From a virus (lineage: Duplodnaviria > Caudoviricetes): a stretch of DNA of 52,374 bases. The notes beneath the pieces were generated by a model. It worked only from the letters and a program-made list of their open reading frames with translations, did not search any database and was not told where the DNA came from. Positions within the stretch are counted from its first letter, which is position 1. Each line of letters begins with the position of its first letter. The stretch is from positions 1-52,374 of IMG/VR virus record IMGVR_UViG_3300028364_000046. The stretch is one strand, 5' to 3'. Of the stretch, positions 26,659 to 34,070 are shown piece by piece. A program made the position numbers and the translations under genes.

Positions 26659-27348
26659 ATGGCTAGTAAACTCAAGACTATCTACGTATTTGAAGGTCCT
26701 GACCGCGTTGGCAAATCTAGCCTAGCCAAAGCGTTCTCAGAAGCTATCAACGCACCTTTATTTCACTTTGGCAAACCTGACCCAGCACTTGTAGAAGAAA
26801 GAGGTTTGCAGTATCAATACGAAGACCTTACAAACATATTTTCCGACATCGTTCTTGACAGGTCCTGGGTGTCTGGTCTGTTCTATGAGATGTTCAGGCG
26901 CAACCAACCTGCAAGCCTAGACTCCGTAGTCAGCCTAGAAAACCGCCTTATGCACCATGGGTTTAATCTCCAGTACATATTCGTCAACAGACAGTGGTCT
27001 AAAGGCATAGAGAGTGACCACCTAGAAGAAGTTGAAGCGGGCTTGGGATACGGAAACATGCACATAAGGAAATTTGAGCACGTAATGTGGCCCATGTTTG
27101 TTTATAAGTTTCTCCCCTTGACAGCGGCAAATCTTCAAGTGGTACATAGCCCCGCACCATACAACCTAAAAACTTCTGTATCCAACCTAGTAAATACCCA
27201 TGAACACCGACAAGCAGTTAGACAAAGCTATGGTAAATCTAGCAAACGAATTCTTAGGATTTTTAACTCTCAGACAGAAGTCTGTCCTGGTGCTCTTATA
27301 TGGCCTTCAAGCAAGTGGCCTAACAATGACCCAAGCAGAACTTTCTAA
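26659..27348 (+). CDS. Deoxynucleoside monophosphate kinase (thymidylate-kinase-like P-loop)
   Basis: FEGPDRVGKSS P-loop and LDRSW motif. Confidence 0.85.
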   Translation: MASKLKTIYVFEGPDRVGKSSLAKAFSEAINAPLFHFGKPDPALVEERGLQYQYEDLTNIFSDIVLDRSWVSGLFYEMFRRNQPASLDSVVSLENRLMHHGFNLQYIFVNRQWSKGIESDHLEEVEAGLGYGNMHIRKFEHVMWPMFVYKFLPLTAANLQVVHSPAPYNLKTSVSNLVNTHEHRQAVRQSYGKSSKRILRIFNSQTEVCPGALIWPSSKWPNNDPSRTF

Positions 27349-27475
27349 GCACCTGAAAGTTAGCCCCAAGCGCATCTCTGCACTTAGAGAAGATGCCCTG
27401 AACAAACTAAGGTGGGCTAAGTACAAACCCTTGCTTGACCTAGCAGCCTCTAGCCGCTCATTTGAACACTTCTAA
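27200..27475 (+). CDS. Stand-alone sigma-70 region 4 HTH protein
   Basis: LTLRQKSVLVLLYGL...MTQAELSKHLKVSPKRISALREDALNKLR. Confidence 0.8.
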   Translation: MNTDKQLDKAMVNLANEFLGFLTLRQKSVLVLLYGLQASGLTMTQAELSKHLKVSPKRISALREDALNKLRWAKYKPLLDLAASSRSFEHF

Positions 27476-27482
27476 AAACACC

Positions 27483-28397
27483 ATGAACATACCCCTAGTT
27501 ATTTACGATTACCGTGTACTATGTTTCTTAATCATGAGCACAATAGACGGTAACGAAATGCAGACCGCTGAGGAGCTCATACTTAATGGGCATTACTCAA
27601 ACAAAATAGAGGAGCTTGAAAGCAACCCTGCGTTGCGACCATACCTAGACCGTGAGGAGCTTGTGCAGTACATTAAGTGCTGCTGGGCAATAGTACTTAA
27701 TAGAGGACCAAACGCATGCCCTTATCAGCCCCACACCGCGGTAGTGGTAGACGACGACGGGAAAACAACTCCCTACTGGAGAAAGCAGATATTTCCCACC
27801 TACAAAGGCAACCGTAGCAAGAAGCCTGAGCTGGTGCTATCAGTTGGACAGATAGGCTTGCAGTATGTAAATGCACCTAAGTCTACCTTCCACTACTTTT
27901 CGTGTCCTGGGTATGAAGCAGATGACTTCGCCGGCGCATTTGTGTATCTTAAGAGGCTCAACCAAAAGCTTCCTGGAGGCAAACCTGAGCTAGGTGACCG
28001 AGAAATCTGGCTATACACCGTAGACTCCGACTGGATGCAATTGGTGGGCGACGGGGTTACCTGGTACAACACTGGACCATGGGAGCCACGCATCAGAGGG
28101 CCTATTGAGACAGCCGGCTGGGCACTTAAGCGCCTCAAGGTTCACATCTCGCATCCTAGCCAGATTGTGGATACCAAAATGAAGCAAGGAGACAAAAGCG
28201 ACAACCTACCCCCCAACACACCTAGATACATGATTGACCTGATGGTGGGCCATCCTGAGTACCACCTAAGGCACAACTTGCCCATCTGGAGACAGCTAGA
28301 GCTTACACTAGGGTCTACGGAAGTTAACCAGAATTTAATACACTGGGGAACAGCAAAACGTTGGATCATGAGACGTGGATACAGACTACCCGTCTAG
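27483..28397 (+). CDS. 5'-3' exonuclease / flap endonuclease (T4 RNase H or T5 D15-like)
   Basis: YWRK..FPTYKGNR, GYEADD, VDSDWMQL and GDKSDN motifs. Confidence 0.92.
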   Translation: MNIPLVIYDYRVLCFLIMSTIDGNEMQTAEELILNGHYSNKIEELESNPALRPYLDREELVQYIKCCWAIVLNRGPNACPYQPHTAVVVDDDGKTTPYWRKQIFPTYKGNRSKKPELVLSVGQIGLQYVNAPKSTFHYFSCPGYEADDFAGAFVYLKRLNQKLPGGKPELGDREIWLYTVDSDWMQLVGDGVTWYNTGPWEPRIRGPIETAGWALKRLKVHISHPSQIVDTKMKQGDKSDNLPPNTPRYMIDLMVGHPEYHLRHNLPIWRQLELTLGSTEVNQNLIHWGTAKRWIMRRGYRLPV

Positions 28398-28430
28398 CAC
28401 ACTTAAACGCATACACCATCAGGAACAGAC

Positions 28431-28790
28431 ATGCCTCGGACTAACGACCTTTACGACTTGATTGCCAAACTAGCCCCTAACATACCTAGCCACTTTTTGT
28501 ACACTCGTGATGACCTCATCAGTGAAGTGTACTTAAAAGCTGTTACACTTAAGCTGACCTCCACCCAGGCACTTGAAATCAAGAAACTTGTAGTAGAGGC
28601 TAGCTATTCACGCTATAGACCTAAGTACAAAAGCCACAGCACTGCTACTTACACAGCGGAGGAGCTTGAGATATATTGTCGCGAGCGCTTAGTCTTGCCT
28701 GAGGATACACTTGCTCCTACCCAACCTGAGGCCAACTTATGGGACTACCTCCGAGAGGCACTCACCCTACACCTTGATTACACTCCGTAA
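28431..28790 (+). CDS. Hypothetical protein with a sigma-70 region 2-like N-terminus
   Basis: LIAKLAPNIPSHFLYTRDDLISEVYLK resembles region 2.1-2.2; tentative. Confidence 0.45.
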   Translation: MPRTNDLYDLIAKLAPNIPSHFLYTRDDLISEVYLKAVTLKLTSTQALEIKKLVVEASYSRYRPKYKSHSTATYTAEELEIYCRERLVLPEDTLAPTQPEANLWDYLREALTLHLDYTP

Positions 28791-28893
28791 TCCTTTCACA
28801 GTATACTATAAGAAGTTAAGCAAACCCACTTAACACGAGTCTAACAAGCCTATTAAAAGGCATTTTGTTCACTTAACTCAACAAGAAACACAC

Positions 28894-29856
28894 ATGAAAC
28901 TTTTCAACAGCCCTATTTCCACCGAGAATGCTTCCCTAGGCGCTTACACAGGACGCCGGTACAACAAAGGCTTCAACTCAATCTCTTTCACTGACTTAGA
29001 ATCAGTAAGCAAGAACACCTCTAAAAGCCTCTCCGTGCTCTACCGTGTATTTGCTGGCATCGAACCAGAAGCGGACGCAACAGCTATTTCTATCGCTGTA
29101 GAGTCTGGAGCATTCAAGCGTTTCTACGGGCCAACACTCAGCCAGAAAGATGACCAATTAGCTATCGACTTTAACGGCACTGCGCTGACATTTGAAACAA
29201 AGAAAGGAGCACTTATTGCAGGCCTTCCTGAAGGCGTGGATGTCAAGTTGGGCTTTGAATCCATCGACTTGAACGGCTTCAAAGAGACCACCTTCAAAGT
29301 ATCTATCTTCATTGAATCTTCTGACACGCTGTTGGTCTTCAACCTGCCTATCCGGTTTGCTGACTACAAAGCTGAAAAAGCAACAACAACAGACGTCCTG
29401 AGTACAATGCTTGAACGCAAGCCTAAGGACCTAGTAGCCAAGCTGGATACACCCTACGCAGGCTCTGATTTTGACGGGCCCACTCTGAAGTTGGGACAGC
29501 TGATTACAGGTGAAGTTTATGCAATCACCTCAGTCCGCGCTGTCAATACCACGCATGGCTCCAGCTATATGTTCACCATTGAGCCAACTACACCTGGTCA
29601 AACATACCTGGAAGTGGCCAGTATTGAAGACACCGAGGAAGAGGTAGCACTTGAGCAAGCAGAAGTATGGTCCAACCAGCCACTTAAGAGCTTCTTCGGT
29701 AGCCAGCCTAACATCACTCAAGAGAACCCTGCGCAGCTCTTGATTCGCGGCAAGAAAGCAACAAAGAGCGGAAACATCACCGTAGACGCCGCTTGTATGT
29801 TTGACAGCCCTGACGTCGTTGCAGTTGATGAGGAAGACTTAGACTTTAACTTCTAG
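28894..29856 (+). CDS. Putative single-stranded DNA-binding protein
   Basis: In the replication module; beta-rich; acidic tail DEEDLDFNF. Confidence 0.55.
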   Translation: MKLFNSPISTENASLGAYTGRRYNKGFNSISFTDLESVSKNTSKSLSVLYRVFAGIEPEADATAISIAVESGAFKRFYGPTLSQKDDQLAIDFNGTALTFETKKGALIAGLPEGVDVKLGFESIDLNGFKETTFKVSIFIESSDTLLVFNLPIRFADYKAEKATTTDVLSTMLERKPKDLVAKLDTPYAGSDFDGPTLKLGQLITGEVYAITSVRAVNTTHGSSYMFTIEPTTPGQTYLEVASIEDTEEEVALEQAEVWSNQPLKSFFGSQPNITQENPAQLLIRGKKATKSGNITVDAACMFDSPDVVAVDEEDLDFNF

Positions 29857-29863
29857 GCATACT

Positions 29864-29900
29864 TAAGGCAGCCTGAGCCTTCTTGGGCTGCCTTAATTTT
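29864..29900 (+). terminator. Intrinsic terminator
   Basis: taaggcagcctgag...ttgggctgccttaattttt. Confidence 0.75.
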
Positions 29901-29931
29901 ACCTTAAGTAAACTTCTAGCAACCCCCAGGC

Positions 29932-31866
29932 TTGGCTATGACAGACAGACACAATGCGGAAGTCCCTAACCAGGCAGGATTTGAGGATGACCTCCAGAGC
30001 CAGCTGGATATACCTACAACAGCTGAAGCATATAGGTCAGGCATAGATTACTTTTCTCTAAATGGGTATCGCTTAACGCCTGACATAGCAGGCCAATTTT
30101 GCTTCCACCGCGTATTCAAGCTAAGCGCACCTATTAAGCTCAAGGGTATACACTACCCCAAAAGCTTCAAGGTATGGACCCAAGTGGCTTCTCAAAGGGC
30201 TATTGAACGCTTTGAGAAAGTTGTTCTAGAGTGGCTCCAAAGAGACCCACAAGCCAATCAACTATGGTTACCACTCATAAAACCTGACGCAGCCAAACGC
30301 AAGCCAATCTATGCCTACACCCAGTCTCTAGTAAACCTCAAGAGTACCCAAGAAAAACAGTCCATTGAACCGGATAATTACGGCGTGGATACATTCCCCA
30401 GGATATGCCTAGAGGATGAATCACCCGCCGCCGTTGCACCTAGGGCATTTGTTCCCCTTGCTGAGTGGTTTCCCGCCAGCGTACGTAGCCTAACCCTCAT
30501 AGACTTACTTTCACTCTTCCCTGAAGCCGAACGAAACTTGCTGGCACTTTGCATAGGCCGCGCTGTCGTAGGTAAGTCAGGTGCCATAACTCCTTCAGGT
30601 GTCCTAATCAAGCACACCTCCCGTATGGCTGCCATCATACTAGGTAAAGACCCCGGGCTAGGCAAATCCACCCTGTTTGACATGCTCTGGAAAGCACTTG
30701 AGAGCACGGGATATATTGTAGAAACCTTTAGCAAGATGGGAGCTCGCTTTAACCTAGGTAGTGTTGCTACTGCCGATATCATCTACAAGGATGACATTAC
30801 CTCATCTGGATTAAAGTCTTTTGTTGCCAGTGAAAATACTAAAATTATTATTACTGGCAACGGCTTACTTAGGGTAGAAGACAAAGGTGTTAACGCAGTA
30901 AACGTTAGGCCATGTGGGGCTATATTCCTTAACTCAAACGAATTCAATCCACGCAACGTTTACAACATTGACCCAGGCACCGCTGATAGACTGAAGATGC
31001 TTAGTACTTTGCGCAAAGGAGAACTTGACTCACTTGAACCTGACTCCGCAGCATACCCTGAAATCAAACTAGAACAACTTTCTAAGGACCTGGATGTACA
31101 TACGCACACCATCATGCTTTGGTTGGCCAGGCTATCCGCTGATTACTTTTGGAATTCTATCCAACCTCTGAAAGAGTCTAAAGAAAACCAGCTAAAAAAA
31201 GAAGTACACTACTGGACACACCGCCTGAGAGTACCCTTACATAAGAACGCAACTAGCCAGGTGCTGGGTTTGTTCTTGTTTACTCACTTGTACGAAGTCA
31301 ATCACGGGTCTAAGGCAGGACGCAAGAAGTTTGTAAAAATGGTGTCTAGCCAATCAACTCCTATAAACGCAGTAGACTGGAAGCCCAAGATAGGACGCTT
31401 TTGCGCTTTCGTTGCCGACCCCAGCAGCCTCCCATTCCAAGCGTTCCTTAGGTGGCACTTTGAGACAGTCGACCCAACCAACGAATATCACCCATACCTA
31501 GGCCTGCGCATCTTAAGCACAAAGCATGTAGCCTACATGGAAACCGAGATGGCCCAAGTACTTAGCTACCCTGAGATTATCTCTGAGATTATGGACCAGC
31601 TAAAGTTGTCTCAGGGCTTGCCTCTTTCTAAAGACTACGTGTGGCTTAACGAATCATGGACAACAATACTTCCGCAAACTATCGCAAACTTAAAGCTTGC
31701 CCAACAAATGGAGGATGTTGCTTATGTCCTAGACGAGGATGCCGACCTAGCAAACTCCGTGACAATCAAATCAGAGTCCATAGGTAACCACCAGTTGGCC
31801 TTGGACCAGTATTATACGCCTGAGATACAGCAGACAATATCAGACGCTTGGGAAGACGCACAATAG
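29932..31866 (+). CDS. Superfamily 3 (D5/VirE-like) replicative helicase
   Basis: Walker A GKDPGLGKST, Walker B IIYKDD, motif C FLNSN. Confidence 0.8.
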   Translation: MAMTDRHNAEVPNQAGFEDDLQSQLDIPTTAEAYRSGIDYFSLNGYRLTPDIAGQFCFHRVFKLSAPIKLKGIHYPKSFKVWTQVASQRAIERFEKVVLEWLQRDPQANQLWLPLIKPDAAKRKPIYAYTQSLVNLKSTQEKQSIEPDNYGVDTFPRICLEDESPAAVAPRAFVPLAEWFPASVRSLTLIDLLSLFPEAERNLLALCIGRAVVGKSGAITPSGVLIKHTSRMAAIILGKDPGLGKSTLFDMLWKALESTGYIVETFSKMGARFNLGSVATADIIYKDDITSSGLKSFVASENTKIIITGNGLLRVEDKGVNAVNVRPCGAIFLNSNEFNPRNVYNIDPGTADRLKMLSTLRKGELDSLEPDSAAYPEIKLEQLSKDLDVHTHTIMLWLARLSADYFWNSIQPLKESKENQLKKEVHYWTHRLRVPLHKNATSQVLGLFLFTHLYEVNHGSKAGRKKFVKMVSSQSTPINAVDWKPKIGRFCAFVADPSSLPFQAFLRWHFETVDPTNEYHPYLGLRILSTKHVAYMETEMAQVLSYPEIISEIMDQLKLSQGLPLSKDYVWLNESWTTILPQTIANLKLAQQMEDVAYVLDEDADLANSVTIKSESIGNHQLALDQYYTPEIQQTISDAWEDAQ

Positions 31867-31960
31867 GCTCCCTGGAGACGCCTAAAGGCTTGCCAACCAG
31901 TAAGCCTTTAGTTTGCCATTAGACAGCCATTAGGAGTGCCTTAATTGACTCCCTAGGCAC
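31866..31960. repeat. Degenerate inverted-repeat element
   Basis: aggcttgcc-N~38-ggagtgcct with phased GC patches. Confidence 0.55.
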
Positions 31961-32026
31961 CTGATTACTTTACAAAATACAGTCCGCTACACTTGAATAG
32001 TAAACATTAAAGACACCTGAATCAAA

Positions 32027-32452
32027 ATGCAAGACTTTGTTAACCCGCTTAGAGACATGATTGCACACCAGACACACTTACAAACGCAACTGACTCGTAA
32101 GTGTCAGCCTGAAGATAACCACCAAAACATTGCGCATACCTGGACGCCCATGCACCTAGGTATAAACGCACTAGACAATGTAATTGAAGAGGCTATTGAA
32201 GCCAAGCGCCACGTCAAGGCACGCAAGTGGTGGGCAAACCCAGACGCCATACGAGAATCCAACATTGGACTGATGACTATGACAAACTTGCGCAAGGCTT
32301 TTGTAGAAGAGCTTGCAGACATCTTCATTTGTTGGATTAACGTTCTTGTTTACTTCTCAATTAGCCCCCAAGAATTCGTCTTTGTTCTAGAGTCCAAGAT
32401 GAAGAAGAACAACCCTGACAACTCCAAATCAGATATCGGCAATCGATCGTAG
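32027..32452 (+). CDS. All-alpha dNTP pyrophosphohydrolase (dimeric dUTPase / dCTPase / MazG-like)
   Basis: IEEAIEA...RKWW...EELADIF...K...N motifs. Confidence 0.8.
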   Translation: MQDFVNPLRDMIAHQTHLQTQLTRKCQPEDNHQNIAHTWTPMHLGINALDNVIEEAIEAKRHVKARKWWANPDAIRESNIGLMTMTNLRKAFVEELADIFICWINVLVYFSISPQEFVFVLESKMKKNNPDNSKSDIGNRS

Positions 32453-32490
32453 TCACACCCCCTAAGCATACACTCAGGTGTGCAATCAAA

Positions 32491-34008
32491 ATGCCTCAGT
32501 TTAACGAATACCAAAAAGACATAGCTAGAAGATACTTAACCACCAGAGACAACATTTCAGTGGACGCTACGCCAGGCTCAGGCAAAACTACTATGCTGGT
32601 AGGGCTGGCGCACAAGATTAAGAAGCCACAGTCATTCTGTTTCCTTGCGTTTACAAAGGCAACGCAAAGTGTGCTCCAAAAGAGGCTCCCACACATGTCT
32701 GGAAGCATTATGACCACCTATTCGTTGGGCTTCAAAAACTGCTACAACTACCTAGACAGACCCCTCACGGTGGCTTATAACAAAACCCAAAATACCTTTG
32801 ATAGCTTGATAAACAAGAACACTTATTGGTCCACCCTGTACACTCGAACAACCGGATGCACGCTTGCAGATAGCTTGTACAACCTCAAAAAGCAAGTGTG
32901 CAACCTTCAGTCACTTAGTTTGCTTAACTGCTGGACAAGAGTTGAAGACATATTTGAATACTCCCAGGAGCTGAACAGCTCTTGGGGGCATGAGGATGAG
33001 GTTCTTGAGTGGATGTCCCAACTTACCCACGCCATAACTAAGCACAATTACTATCTCTTGATAAACGAGGGACAAATAGACTTCAGCGAGATGGTGGCAT
33101 GGCCGGCTATGTGGGATGACTTAATTCCCATGACGTTTCAAGAGATATTTGTAGACGAATTCCAGGACCTATCGCATGCCCAGCAAATGCTGGTGCACAA
33201 GAGCCTAGCCAAGGGTGGCCAGATCGTTATGGTTGGCGACCGGAGACAGGCAATCTACGGGTTTGCTGGGGCAGACCACAACTCCGCCGAAAACATGACT
33301 CAGCTCTTTGACGCAATAACAATGCCTATGCCCATAAACTACAGGTGTGCGCTTGAAATCATTAAGCATGCCCAAGAGATAGACGGTGAAATCCAAGCAC
33401 GCCCTGGTGCACCCGTAGGTGAGGTGAAAGACCTAAACACGCAGGATGCATTTAGTCACTTACTTCAAACAAAAGAAGAGACTCTGGTGGTAGCCCGTAC
33501 AAACGTTGCGCTTATTAAATTGGCATTGCGTTTAGTGGCCCTAGACAAGCCCTTCTGTTTCAACAGGGATGTCTTACTTGAGCGCCTAACCGGCCAGATA
33601 TACAAAGCAACTTCGTCCAACCCACCCGTAGACATAAGCCAATTTAAGGTCTGGCTAGGAGAAAGTAAGCTGTTTGCTAAAGAGAAGAAAGCAAGTGCCA
33701 TGATGGACCTTCTGGAGTGCTTAGAGCTCTTTTACAACAACTACAGGCCCAACAGCTGGTCTGCCTTCAAAAGACTACTTAAGCGCTTCTTCAAGAAGGC
33801 TGAAACAACCTCGCAAGTAACATTGTCCACAATACACGCAGCCAAGGGTGCCGAAGCCCATACGGTGGTGTTTTGGGGAACAAACCTAGTGCCACACCGT
33901 ATGGCCGTTACGGAATCTGAATTGGTACAGGAAACCAACCTAGAATACATTGCCAGAACAAGGGCTATTATGAGGCTATACCGCGTAGACACCTCTGAAG
34001 ACACCTAG
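32491..34008 (+). CDS. UvrD/Rep-like SF1 helicase
   Basis: ATPGSGKTT, VDEFQD, VGDRRQAIYGF, NYR, STIHAAKG and YIARTRA. Confidence 0.95.
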   Translation: MPQFNEYQKDIARRYLTTRDNISVDATPGSGKTTMLVGLAHKIKKPQSFCFLAFTKATQSVLQKRLPHMSGSIMTTYSLGFKNCYNYLDRPLTVAYNKTQNTFDSLINKNTYWSTLYTRTTGCTLADSLYNLKKQVCNLQSLSLLNCWTRVEDIFEYSQELNSSWGHEDEVLEWMSQLTHAITKHNYYLLINEGQIDFSEMVAWPAMWDDLIPMTFQEIFVDEFQDLSHAQQMLVHKSLAKGGQIVMVGDRRQAIYGFAGADHNSAENMTQLFDAITMPMPINYRCALEIIKHAQEIDGEIQARPGAPVGEVKDLNTQDAFSHLLQTKEETLVVARTNVALIKLALRLVALDKPFCFNRDVLLERLTGQIYKATSSNPPVDISQFKVWLGESKLFAKEKKASAMMDLLECLELFYNNYRPNSWSAFKRLLKRFFKKAETTSQVTLSTIHAAKGAEAHTVVFWGTNLVPHRMAVTESELVQETNLEYIARTRAIMRLYRVDTSEDT

Positions 34009-34070
34009 GTTGTTTACAAGCCAACTTTCAAGTATACTTAAACAAGCAAACCTGACACTCAACCAAACGC

